Below, one piece after another: positions 26,136 through 34,758 of a stretch of DNA of 34,758 nucleotides. Positions within the stretch are counted from its first letter, which is position 1. Every line of letters begins with the position of its first letter. The translations under genes were made by a program, and so were the position numbers. Source of the stretch: a virus (lineage: Duplodnaviria; Caudoviricetes); the IMG/VR virus record IMGVR_UViG_3300044448_006145, positions 1-34,758 of that record. One strand, 5' to 3'. The notes under the pieces are model-generated. The model did not search any database and was not told the origin of the DNA. It saw nothing but the letters and a program-made list of their open reading frames with translations.

Positions 26136-27443
26136 TTATCCTCTGTTTGCGTCTTTCCACGCTTGCAGGATTTCGCCCCTGGTCGCTTCTGGGTTCGCAT
26201 TTCTTACGGCTTCTTCAAAGCGATAAAAGAAAACTGGGAGACCTTCAGGGGTTCTGAGGTTTGTAGATATCATAGGGGTACTTCTCTTAAATTCTGCCCA
26301 CGCCCTATCCGCTGTCTTTCCAGTTTCATCTTTAAAGTTTCCACCAGCTTCTTCGATAAATCTATCATAAAACTCTTTACGTTCAATCTTGCGATTATTT
26401 AAAGCTCTTGCAGAGTCAATAATAAATTGATTACCGGCGCGAGTATTACCTAGGTCTGCAACAGTCTTTCTGATTGTGATCTCGTCTTTATCAGTCTGAG
26501 GCCCCTTTTGGGTCGCTTTAACGGCAAGAACCAACCGTTTAGCTTCAGCGTTAAATGCCTCGCCTTTTGCTACATTCGCAATACCGGACGCATCCAGCCC
26601 GAAAGCCTGTGCAAACGCTGCCAAACCTTGTTTGGCAGGCTCTAAAGCTCCGGTATCGACATCTATAGCCTCAAGCACGGCTAAAGACTGATTGGCGTCA
26701 ATAGCCGCATCAGCTTCCTCTGAAATCCTACCAACGGTCTTAGCCTGACCTTCGGCCAGCTTCTCCTGAAACTTCTTCTCCCCGCCTATCTCTATTCGCG
26801 TGGCTGGCTTCTGAACAGCTCGCAAAGCAGCCGCCTGGAATTCCGGAGTCCCTGGCGTTAGTCCTGCGGCGCGAAGGTTCCTTTCAAGTGTGGTGGGCGT
26901 CGACTCCTCTTTTTCTCCAAACAACGCCTTAGCCATAGACTCTATCTCCTGACCCTCCCTGGATTGAAACTCGATGTCTCGGAACAGCTCCTCATCAGTA
27001 CCAGATAAAGCCCTGTCCGTTCTTTCGGTGCTTCTACCCGCCGCCCTAGCCCGATCTCTTTGGCTTTCCAAAAAAGGCCGGACCTGCTCCCTAGGCAGTT
27101 GCTTAGCGATTAGCGCGGCTTTTGTCATCGCCTCGTTTTCTCGCCTAAACTCTTCTCTCTCTGCCTCGCCTTTAGTAGCTAAAAATTCTTGTATGCTTAG
27201 GGCTTTTTGAGGGTCAACGGCTGCTACAGACTCTAGCGCGCCCTCTCGCCCCGCCAAAGCCTCCCGGGAAAACTGCCCCGCCTGCTCTCTCACCCTAGCC
27301 CTAGACTCTTCAGAAGCTATCGCCTGCTCCTGTGCCTTTATCTTCTGCTGACCTAGTCTAAACTGTTGCCCTGCGGCAACGCCTCGCCCTAAAGCCCCCG
27401 CGATATCAGGCACAAGCTGAAATTGGTTAGCCGAGATACCCAT
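26136..27443 (-). CDS. DNA ejection protein (P22 gp20 position)
   Basis: 435 aa, helical; KGPQTDKDE motif; synteny. Confidence 0.75.
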   Translation of the reverse strand: MGISANQFQLVPDIAGALGRGVAAGQQFRLGQQKIKAQEQAIASEESRARVREQAGQFSREALAGREGALESVAAVDPQKALSIQEFLATKGEAEREEFRRENEAMTKAALIAKQLPREQVRPFLESQRDRARAAGRSTERTDRALSGTDEELFRDIEFQSREGQEIESMAKALFGEKEESTPTTLERNLRAAGLTPGTPEFQAAALRAVQKPATRIEIGGEKKFQEKLAEGQAKTVGRISEEADAAIDANQSLAVLEAIDVDTGALEPAKQGLAAFAQAFGLDASGIANVAKGEAFNAEAKRLVLAVKATQKGPQTDKDEITIRKTVADLGNTRAGNQFIIDSARALNNRKIERKEFYDRFIEEAGGNFKDETGKTADRAWAEFKRSTPMISTNLRTPEGLPVFFYRFEEAVRNANPEATRGEILQAWKDANRG

Positions 27444-28090
27444 TATTGCCCACCTCCAAAAAACTTCCCGCCTCGTTCGGCCAACTGCCCGCCTAGTTCG
27501 ACCAACTGCTCCACGCCTTGGGCCGTCGCTTCCTGTCGGCCAAGTATACCAGACGCCCTAGCCTCCGCTGCTGTGGTGCCAAGGTTCGCAATCCTTCCCG
27601 CTGCGGTCTGCCCAAATTGACCCCCACTAACTGCAGTAGAAACCCCTTGCCCCGCAATTTGCCCGAGTCTGCCGAATTGTCTATCTATATCCTGTAGTGC
27701 AAATCCTGCCGCCTGCTCTTGTAACGCCGTTCTGACATTACCACCGCCTAATCCGCCTATAGCTGAAGCGCCTCGAAGCAGCGCTCTTTCCTGCCGCTTC
27801 CTGATAAATCTCTGCCCGGGGGACTCCTGCAGCGCCTGTAGGGCCTCTGCCTGAGCCCCTGGGCCGGACAACCCTATCAAAGCCTCTTGCTGAGTTAACG
27901 CACGCTCGCCAGCCTCGCGGAACGGCCTCAAGCTTTCCTGAGTTATGTCAAACTGGCGTCGAACCTCCCCTTGTCCTGCTTCCGCCGCCCTTTCCTGCGC
28001 CCGACCAGCTCTCTTAGCGGCCTTCCTCGCCGATATCGTGCCTCCAACTGTCGCGGCCGAGCCAACGACAGCGGCTGTAGTTACCGCCAT
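27443..28090 (-). CDS. DNA transfer protein (P22 gp7-like)
   Basis: A/G/Q-rich; LRPFREAG, SPGQRF, ASAIGGLGGGNVRTAL. Confidence 0.85.
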   Translation of the reverse strand: MAVTTAAVVGSAATVGGTISARKAAKRAGRAQERAAEAGQGEVRRQFDITQESLRPFREAGERALTQQEALIGLSGPGAQAEALQALQESPGQRFIRKRQERALLRGASAIGGLGGGNVRTALQEQAAGFALQDIDRQFGRLGQIAGQGVSTAVSGGQFGQTAAGRIANLGTTAAEARASGILGRQEATAQGVEQLVELGGQLAERGGKFFGGGQ

Positions 28091-28091
28091 A

Positions 28092-28532
28092 TCACATCAC
28101 CTTAGTATAGCTCGTTTCAGAATGCTCATAGCCCATTTTCTCATAAAGCGCATTCACCTCTTCAGGCATAGAAGATTGCATGGAAACCATATTCCAATAT
28201 TTTATCCCCGCTTCCTGCGCCTTCCCTTCAATAAACTTCAAAAGTTTTATAGCGTGCATATTCTTTCTGTGCCCTGGCGATATCCACCAGGCTAATTCTG
28301 TGCCCGTCAGCACGTCTGGGTTACCCATTAATGCAGACTTTACACCGGCAACAAAACCAACAATTATTTCATCAATATCTACAACCGCGAGCAAGCCGTG
28401 GTCATACGCCATCTGCACGTACATCCTAGTATGTTCTCTGCAAAAAGGCTCCTTATATCGCGTATATGCCCAAAACTCCTCACAACAATCAAGGATTTGG
28501 TCGAAATCTTCTTTTGTTGCGTCCCTAATCAT
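28092..28532 (-). CDS. GNAT family acetyltransferase
   Basis: MIRDATKED, ELAWWISPGHR, LLKFIE..A...G, LYEKMGY. Confidence 0.85.
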   Translation of the reverse strand: MIRDATKEDFDQILDCCEEFWAYTRYKEPFCREHTRMYVQMAYDHGLLAVVDIDEIIVGFVAGVKSALMGNPDVLTGTELAWWISPGHRKNMHAIKLLKFIEGKAQEAGIKYWNMVSMQSSMPEEVNALYEKMGYEHSETSYTKVM

Positions 28533-29080
28533 GAGAAAAAGCACGTTAAAACGGTTCTTGAATTTGCGCCTTCGCCAAAACCCTCGATTGGATCAGCTCG
28601 GTGTAGAAAGTCTGATCTAAATATAAAAGCTAAATTTTCACACATCTCAGCAAACATAAATACTCCCCACTTACCCGGGTCGTCGCTATCTATATTTATC
28701 AAGTCTACAAGCACTTGGGACTCGGGGTTAATAGCAATGCCCGTCTCTTTATGGTACACAAGGCTTGTGCCCGCCCCCTTGCGGTCATTTAAGTATAACA
28801 TACAACTGTAGTCACCCATTGAAGCATCTGAGTGAACGGGATTTGGGGCGTCTGTGCCAAGGGGGGTTCTCCGCATGAATATGACGTTAATATTGATGCG
28901 CCTCCCCATCGCTTCGGACAATCCTTTTTCCATCTCTGATGTTATCTTATCAGGTATATCGTCACATATGTAGGGGTATGTTACTCCATCCACCTCATTG
29001 ACCACATCACAAAACTTGGAATTTTGTGAATGCGCCTTAAGAAGTTGGTAAGATGGGAGAAAATTTTCCACGAAGATCAT
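28529..29080 (-). CDS. 2OG-Fe(II) dioxygenase-like protein (DUF6445-like)
   Basis: IFVENFL, HSD (HxD), MLYLN..GTS, distal H (FLHRA) and R (RTVLTCFF). Confidence 0.75.
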   Translation of the reverse strand: MIFVENFLPSYQLLKAHSQNSKFCDVVNEVDGVTYPYICDDIPDKITSEMEKGLSEAMGRRININVIFMRRTPLGTDAPNPVHSDASMGDYSCMLYLNDRKGAGTSLVYHKETGIAINPESQVLVDLINIDSDDPGKWGVFMFAEMCENLAFIFRSDFLHRADPIEGFGEGANSRTVLTCFFS

Positions 29081-29415
29081 AGCTCTCTCCCCGTAACAGT
29101 AAATGCAATAGTGGTATTATTGGATTCCATCCGTAAAGACCCCCCAGGGGGGATTATATGACCGACCACCGAAGGGCCAAGATCAAACCTATCTTTGACA
29201 ACTATCTTTTGAGGCACAATGGCATCAACAATGGAACCTGCCGCGTCATAAACGTAAGCCTTATAGTACGCACTAGCAGGGCCATTATTGCTCGCTGTGA
29301 AGGCGGTAATTACTGCGCCGCCTCCGCCGGTGGAGGCGGAAGCGGCTGTGTAGAATATTTCAATAGTATCAGCTATTGAATTTTTCTTTCCAGCAACCAT
29401 GGTGATTTCCGCCAT
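29077..29415 (-). CDS. Small beta-rich structural protein
   Basis: 112 aa in the tail operon; GHIIPPGGSLRM. Confidence 0.65.
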   Translation of the reverse strand: MAEITMVAGKKNSIADTIEIFYTAASASTGGGGAVITAFTASNNGPASAYYKAYVYDAAGSIVDAIVPQKIVVKDRFDLGPSVVGHIIPPGGSLRMESNNTTIAFTVTGREL

Positions 29416-29418
29416 TAT

Positions 29419-30675
29419 CTAATTAATCCTCAATTTGCAGTACTCTACAATTATGTTTGTGGTATTTGAATTGTTCTCCACAAAAACTTCATAAAAATCA
29501 TTCTCTGACATATCATCTTGCCAAGGGATTGAAAGGGTTTGCGGGTCTGATCCAGATATAGAAATAGGTGTTTTAGAGTTAGTTATTACGCTACCATTCT
29601 TCGCTAAATATAAGCTCACATCTATCGCGCCGCCCCCCGAGCTTATTAGGCCCGCTGAGATATCTATGGGGAATCTTGCGTCTCTCTCACCGTTATAAGT
29701 CAACCTCCCACCGCTAGTAGAGGTAAAAAAAGAGGCGCTCTCTTCCACCCATGTGGCGTTGACTATTACAGGGGTATTTATTGTGGATATAACTGTTTCC
29801 GTTGTATTACCGTTGAAGGCTATTAGCGCGTCTTCAAAGGTATCAGATATAGGAGTGTTTCCGGTAAATCTCCACCTAATATCGTCAACAGTTATATTCT
29901 GAAGAGGCGTCATACCTGAGCTAAAGCTGGAGTTAGAAAGCTCCGCTATTCTCCCTGTAGGTACGTTACCGCTATTGGCAAGGCCAGAAATACCTATGCT
30001 GCCTGAGACCCCATCACATATCAAATCTTGTATTTCTATGTTATTAATAACCGAGGTTCCTAGATCAACACCAATAAAGGCCGCTGAAGTAGTGACATAG
30101 GCAACCTTATTTATAGAAAATACATTATAACTATTACCAATGACCTCGAGACCTTGCGACGTTATAGCGAAGCTGTTAAACAACTCAAAAGCTAGCAAAT
30201 TATTAATTGTTCCAAGCTTTAAGCAGTTAAGCGCCCTAAATCCGCTAACTACGAGCGAGTATACACCGCCTACAGAATCTGTAACATCGAAAACTTGGGC
30301 GGAAGGGCATACAACATTAAGCTCAACAAGCTTGAAGTTCACATCTGTTGCTGTAAACATCGCCCCAGCCCCAGTGTAAGTGACAATTGGCCCGAAAATA
30401 TTAAAGGACGTCATAACAGCGCCTTCTTGCGCTATAAACCTCTTACCGGTAGTAAATGCTTGGCTTACAACATATATAGTGAGCGTCTCCAAGGTTATAG
30501 TTGTGGCATCCTGATTTGGAAAGTCCGACTCTTGACTTATATAGACAAGTGACTGCGCATTAACTGCGGTAAAAAGCTCAGTCTCATTAGCGTTCACTTT
30601 TATGAAAGCATCCCGCCAGGTGTCGCCAGTCCTATCATTTGCCGCTGATCCAACATTAATTAACTGCTGTGCCAT
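29419..30675 (-). CDS. Tail fibre/adhesin with T4 gp9/gp10-like N-terminal motif
   Basis: MAQQLINVGSAANDRTGDTWRDAFIKVNAN; beta-helix-like middle; C1q/TNF-like C-terminus (NDFYEVFVEN). Confidence 0.7.
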   Translation of the reverse strand: MAQQLINVGSAANDRTGDTWRDAFIKVNANETELFTAVNAQSLVYISQESDFPNQDATTITLETLTIYVVSQAFTTGKRFIAQEGAVMTSFNIFGPIVTYTGAGAMFTATDVNFKLVELNVVCPSAQVFDVTDSVGGVYSLVVSGFRALNCLKLGTINNLLAFELFNSFAITSQGLEVIGNSYNVFSINKVAYVTTSAAFIGVDLGTSVINNIEIQDLICDGVSGSIGISGLANSGNVPTGRIAELSNSSFSSGMTPLQNITVDDIRWRFTGNTPISDTFEDALIAFNGNTTETVISTINTPVIVNATWVEESASFFTSTSGGRLTYNGERDARFPIDISAGLISSGGGAIDVSLYLAKNGSVITNSKTPISISGSDPQTLSIPWQDDMSENDFYEVFVENNSNTTNIIVEYCKLRIN

Positions 30676-30676
30676 G

Positions 30677-30940
30677 TTATGCCTCTGTCATATCAACGCT
30701 TAATTTTTCGCTATCAACTGTAAACCCAGTTTCATCTGAGGTTAAAGCGTCACCTGATCCTATCCTGTTCTCTAATGTGAACAATAACGCCAGAGTGTTA
30801 AATCTCCGATTCACGTTTAGATCAGACGCCGAGCTGTTCACTGTATCCGATAGCCGTTCAAGATAATCCGCAAACCTTAAAGTAGCCCTACCAGACGATG
30901 TTAGCTCCTCACCTCTTCTTGGCGGTATTATGTCGGCCAC
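30677..30940 (-). CDS. Short tail protein at the P22 gp26 (needle) position
   Basis: 87 aa after gp10; helical N-terminus; C-terminal LTSDETGFTVDS motif. Confidence 0.6.
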   Translation of the reverse strand: MADIIPPRRGEELTSSGRATLRFADYLERLSDTVNSSASDLNVNRRFNTLALLFTLENRIGSGDALTSDETGFTVDSEKLSVDMTEA

Positions 30941-30942
30941 TA

Positions 30943-32391
30943 TTAAACTCCTGATTCAGGAGTTGAAGCCAATCTTATAAGAGTGGCCTTAACAGGGTCT
31001 GTAATCATAAGCCTGATAACGCGAGAAACAGGGAACCTACCTTGTCTCTGCCATACAGACCGATGGCCATACTCACCTATTTTACCTATCTTACGGGTAG
31101 TCTTAAATGCAAATGTCCGCCCACCATCGTCTGAGTACTCCATCTGTACATTTGGGTCTAATCCGCCCGTCAATCCTACCCCACTCTCAAATGTCGCTTC
31201 AAAGTCTCCGGCAAACAATGGTAAACCCCCCTGCGAGAAAGGCATGCTAGTGGACTCCCTATAGATTGGGTCACCATAATACGTTAGCGTCGAATCGTCA
31301 AATTCACCTATTATCCCGCTATGCTGATCCCCTGCTAACAGCTTGCCATAAGCGGAAGTTATTGAGCTAACCCTAAACCTGTTATCTACAAGCCCAGATT
31401 GGAACTCAAACCACACGCTGCCGCCCGATATAGCCGAGGCAGTGGCATTATAAACAAAAGTCCGTGAAGGGATTATTTCAGACTCAAATGTAAACAGCGC
31501 TAGAAACTGACCCTTGAACGACATAGTTGTCGCAAAACAATTGGAAATCTCGTCTCTTGTAAACTTCTGTATCTCAGAATCTATTGACTCTGTTGATATT
31601 CGGACAGCGCTTGAAGATCCAGACACCTTCCATATTGACGCCTTCTCATTTTTTCCGCCGCCAACAAAGCAGAATGTGTTATCAAACTCGATCAAAGAAA
31701 ACTTAGCATAAACCCCTTTTTGTATGTACGCTGAGGGAATTCTTTGAAACGGGAACCCCGCCCCGCCAACGTTCTGGAAAAGTTCAATAGTTTCCTCGCC
31801 GCACACAAAAAGCTCATTATGATTTACGTGTAAAGCCACCACCTTGTCAGGGTTTATTTCGGCTGTGCCAAAATCCAGAGCATCGAAGTCGAAAGGGTTA
31901 TTAAGAGCCGAGTTAAAAAATACCGCCCCATCACTGGATGAAAATACAAAGTACCCGTCTTTATACACGACCGTGTTAGATGGGCGAAAATCTGTATCAG
32001 TTATTCGATTAAGCGACTCGGCCACATTGTCGTATGCATAGGCATTGCCACCAGGCACAACTATAACGAGGAACTGGCCGTTATCGGCCATAGAAACCCT
32101 ACCGAATCCACCAACGCCCCCAATCTCCGTGGATGTTCCATCAGAGTCTATGCGATAAAGCTTTGTTCCTGAAACAGCGTACAGCACGCCGGACATAACC
32201 CAGCAACCTCTATCTGCCCCGCCTTGTGTGTTCGCGAACTGATTTAGTCCAGGGGGTTGAGAAAGACGCCTGCCATTGAGCGCGTCACCCTCTGCCACCA
32301 CCGGCATCCAGTTTACACACCTCTGGGCAGAGAACGGTAGACTGTCCGTTTGATAGTGACTAAATCCAAGGGGGATGGGAATCCGCGCCAT
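30943..32391 (-). CDS. Packaged DNA stabilization protein (P22 gp10-like tail hub)
   Basis: RVSMADNG, DGYFVF, TAEINPD, SDDGGRTF, GKIGEY..R..W...G. Confidence 0.9.
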   Translation of the reverse strand: MARIPIPLGFSHYQTDSLPFSAQRCVNWMPVVAEGDALNGRRLSQPPGLNQFANTQGGADRGCWVMSGVLYAVSGTKLYRIDSDGTSTEIGGVGGFGRVSMADNGQFLVIVVPGGNAYAYDNVAESLNRITDTDFRPSNTVVYKDGYFVFSSSDGAVFFNSALNNPFDFDALDFGTAEINPDKVVALHVNHNELFVCGEETIELFQNVGGAGFPFQRIPSAYIQKGVYAKFSLIEFDNTFCFVGGGKNEKASIWKVSGSSSAVRISTESIDSEIQKFTRDEISNCFATTMSFKGQFLALFTFESEIIPSRTFVYNATASAISGGSVWFEFQSGLVDNRFRVSSITSAYGKLLAGDQHSGIIGEFDDSTLTYYGDPIYRESTSMPFSQGGLPLFAGDFEATFESGVGLTGGLDPNVQMEYSDDGGRTFAFKTTRKIGKIGEYGHRSVWQRQGRFPVSRVIRLMITDPVKATLIRLASTPESGV

Positions 32392-32829
32392 TTAGAAATT
32401 CTCGCTTTTATTTGGTCCAAAGAATCTATCTTGAAGGAATCTATCAGGGCAGTCATTTCCGGAACCCTGGGGTAGGGTGTCAGGAAAAGATGGGTCTCCA
32501 ATAAAGACAACCGATGCTTTAAGCCGGTTTAGAGTAGATTCTGCTATAGATTCAAGCGCCGGTGTAACTAGCTTTTGAAATGCTGGAGCACACCTAACAG
32601 CGAGATTGTATTTAATAGCGGCTACAGAACTTCGCTCCACATCCACTGTATCAGTACTATTAGATACAACCTTAAATGACGTGGTAAGGCCCTCGTCGGC
32701 CCATTCTGAAAGCATATCATTCATGCGATTAAAGATAACCTGATAATCGTCAGGTTCCAGGGGTATTTCGGCAGTCTTGACTGCAATCTCCTCAGCCGCG
32801 CCGATAACTATATCATTCGCCGTTGTCAT
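32392..32829 (-). CDS. Head-tail adaptor (P22 gp4-like)
   Basis: NDMLSEW, YNLAVRCAP, PDTLPQGSGN. Confidence 0.88.
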   Translation of the reverse strand: MTTANDIVIGAAEEIAVKTAEIPLEPDDYQVIFNRMNDMLSEWADEGLTTSFKVVSNSTDTVDVERSSVAAIKYNLAVRCAPAFQKLVTPALESIAESTLNRLKASVVFIGDPSFPDTLPQGSGNDCPDRFLQDRFFGPNKSENF

Positions 32830-33106
32830 TACTAATTATAGCCTCTATAGCCTTACTTTTAACAATGTCTATGCCGCCCCTAAAATCTACTGGCACATTT
32901 AAATCATTACAATAATCCTTAATCTCATCTTTCGAACTCATTCCTAGAATGGCCCGCTCATGCCACTCGGAAGATCCAGGAACACCGGAACCTTTGTCCC
33001 CATTGTTTCTCTTAAGAACCCAACCGAGCTCAACAGCCTTAATTATACTCTCATCACGATCATTAATCTCTATTTCTAAGCCCGAGGGCTTAACCCATAT
33101 AGCCAT
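32813..33106 (-). CDS. Hypothetical protein downstream of coat (possible decoration protein)
   Basis: 97 aa; synteny; C-terminal HeH/LEM-like helix pair. Confidence 0.65.
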   Translation of the reverse strand: MAIWVKPSGLEIEINDRDESIIKAVELGWVLKRNNGDKGSGVPGSSEWHERAILGMSSKDEIKDYCNDLNVPVDFRGGIDIVKSKAIEAIISNDNGE

Positions 33107-33117
33107 AGTAGCGCCCT

Positions 33118-33139
33118 AAAGCCCCCGGGGACCGGGGGC
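33118..33139 (-). terminator. GC-rich hairpin after the coat gene (partial terminator or RNA stabiliser)
   Basis: GCCCCCGG-TCC-CCGGGGGC followed by TTT on the minus strand. Confidence 0.6.
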
Positions 33140-33148
33140 AAACAGTAA

Positions 33149-34429
33149 TTAAACGCCGAAACCTTGCCCAGCAAAGAAAGGATTGAATGTTGCGTAAGCT
33201 GGCAACAAGTCAAAACGAATCTTTTGCTTGTTGGAATCACCGTCTGAATACTTAGTGACACGCATAGACATGCCATCTTCAGTAGTCATGATAGTATCAG
33301 TAGCAAACAGCTTCTTCAGCGGGACCGTACCGATGCCAAACGCCTGCTTATGGTAGAACAGGTTAGGCTGATATACAGTAGAGGCCGACCCGAGAACAGT
33401 AATAACATCGTTATCGGCGAGCGCAGAATCAGAAGTATTATATTGGCCGTTAGCCTCGAAAATGGCGGGACCAGCGACCAATAGCGTGCCAGCACCACTA
33501 CTTAAGGTAACATCCTGCGTTACAACGCCAGACCACAATATTTCTGCGCCGGTCGCGTCAGTGAAGGTGTTGCGAGTCGATAAGCTTAATCGGTTACGGC
33601 CGGTCACCTGGACAATCTCGCCGGCCTTGATTGTGTCGGCACCAGATCCAAACCCATCTACTGGGATAGATTGAATCATGGTGTCTTTGTTGGTCGCATA
33701 AGTCACATCAGGCGACCCATTAATCGCGCCAGCTCGATCGGTCAAAGAACCACTTGTGTAACTTGCTAAGGCGTTAGATGTCAATGCGGACAGATTACCA
33801 ATTTTATTAGAAATCTGCGCATTCTGCCAAGCTGAGTTAACAAGGGAATCGCTTCCAGAACTAAGGCCGCGCTGAGCGTCAGCCAGGTTAGTGGTGGTAA
33901 AAGGATTCATTACGTAAAAGCGCTGGTTGTCGTTTGGAACGCCAATGGAGTCCATAAGCGCACCAGCTCCAGCCACGTCAGACCATGCATCCACCACTGT
34001 CCCGGGCGTGCCGTATTTTAAGTTGCAGTTCTTAAACATATATTGGCCGAAGTCAATTTCAAGATCTGTAACAATTCTGGTAGCCATTGGTGCTAGAATC
34101 TCATCTAACTGATCCAACTTTAGGGCTTCGTCTACCTCGTCCCAATCGGCGTGCACAGTAAAATAATTTTGCACTGTACCCGTGGCTTTCCCAGCGATTA
34201 TATCAGACTTATCAACAGCTGATATATCGCCCCCTGCTGTACGGTCAGTCTTATAATCATGGGGCCGCTTAAAATCTACGGTAGTGCCCGCCGAAGGATT
34301 AAACCTACCGGTCAACAACTGTGTATCAACGGTTTTAGTTAAAACACGCGAAGCTTCAAACTTTTCCAAGAATACGCGAGCCAGTTTCCTAGTGGTGTTG
34401 TTGTCTAAACTATTGCTTGATGTGGCCAT
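33149..34429 (-). CDS. Major capsid protein (P22 gp5 coat family)
   Basis: 426 aa; GTTVDFKRP, ILAPMATRIVTDLE, PNLFYHKQAF, RFDLLPAYATFNP. Confidence 0.93.
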   Translation of the reverse strand: MATSSNSLDNNTTRKLARVFLEKFEASRVLTKTVDTQLLTGRFNPSAGTTVDFKRPHDYKTDRTAGGDISAVDKSDIIAGKATGTVQNYFTVHADWDEVDEALKLDQLDEILAPMATRIVTDLEIDFGQYMFKNCNLKYGTPGTVVDAWSDVAGAGALMDSIGVPNDNQRFYVMNPFTTTNLADAQRGLSSGSDSLVNSAWQNAQISNKIGNLSALTSNALASYTSGSLTDRAGAINGSPDVTYATNKDTMIQSIPVDGFGSGADTIKAGEIVQVTGRNRLSLSTRNTFTDATGAEILWSGVVTQDVTLSSGAGTLLVAGPAIFEANGQYNTSDSALADNDVITVLGSASTVYQPNLFYHKQAFGIGTVPLKKLFATDTIMTTEDGMSMRVTKYSDGDSNKQKIRFDLLPAYATFNPFFAGQGFGV

Positions 34430-34439
34430 CTATATTTCC

Positions 34440-34758
34440 TCAACTATATGTTGCGCCTGCCGGTCCACGCTCAGCAGGTAGTGACCCACCTGTTGCTAGT
34501 GGCTTAATAGGATCTGGCGCGCTACTTATTTCAGGTTCTGGCTTCGAAATGTTCGCCGATATACGCCCAAGTTCCATCATTGCTTGACCCGGCGGCATAT
34601 TCGCAATCTTATCAGCTAAATCAAGATGGGTCCCTAAATGATAAATCAGCTCGGGGCCATTTTCAGCCTGAATCAATGCGTCAGCCACACCTGGAGGCAA
34701 GTCAGGTATAGAGTCTGCTACTTCGGCAAAATCATCTTTACCAAAAGCCACTATACGG
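34440..34758 (-). CDS. Scaffolding protein, 3' part
   Basis: ENGPELIYHLG..A.KIANM..QAMMELGRI..SSAPDPIKP; continuation of 498-1. Confidence 0.85.
   Translation of the reverse strand, partial: RIVAFGKDDFAEVADSIPDLPPGVADALIQAENGPELIYHLGTHLDLADKIANMPPGQAMMELGRISANISKPEPEISSAPDPIKPLATGGSLPAERGPAGATYS
34633..34758 (+). repeat. Terminal direct repeat, right copy
   Basis: Identical to 2-127. Confidence 0.95.

Larger units (their letters stand above)
1..34758. mobile_element. Complete, circularly permuted P22-like podophage genome with APSE-like replication module
   Basis: Full set of packaging, head, tail, ejection, lysis and replication genes; terminal overlap; no host genes. Confidence 0.93.

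Noticed and set aside
29318-29339. 22-bp GC-rich near-palindrome CCGCCTCCGCCGGTGGAGGCGG
   Set aside because: Inside a CDS (SASTGGGG), no U-tract, single occurrence
1-34758. Stop-codon reassignment, tRNAs, introns or inteins
   Set aside because: Core genes are full length in the standard code with tight packing; no cloverleaf or intervening sequence seen

Overview
The window is an apparently complete, circularly permuted tailed-phage genome of about 34,631 bp. Positions 2-127 are repeated exactly at 34633-34758, and the scaffold gene spans this junction. A P22-like podovirus morphogenesis operon runs on the minus strand: accessory structural block, terS, terL, portal, scaffold, coat, gp4, gp10, tail and adhesin genes, a 2OG-Fe(II) oxygenase, a GNAT, three ejection proteins, tailspike, M23 endolysin and holin. 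The replication module is APSE-like (Cro-like HTH, primase-helicase, DUF2800 nuclease, DUF2815 SSB, VRR-NUC, SNF2 helicase), but its polymerase is family B rather than the usual family A. I found no integrase, CI repressor, partition gene, tRNA or CRISPR array, so the phage is probably virulent. The most unusual signals are: (1) many near-perfect tandem-repeat expansions, including a 24-bp x6 array that hides a 52-aa ORF, MIK(LDKRKIVE)6I; (2) two pentapeptide-repeat genes bounded by three copies of a 20-bp RBS+start repeat and preceded by a G-quadruplex-type 8-bp array; (3) an identical 15-bp operator at two promoters; (4) a cruciform, iteron-rich putative origin; (5) three consensus promoters that all have 16-bp spacers. 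All product calls come from motif recognition and synteny by eye, without database searches.
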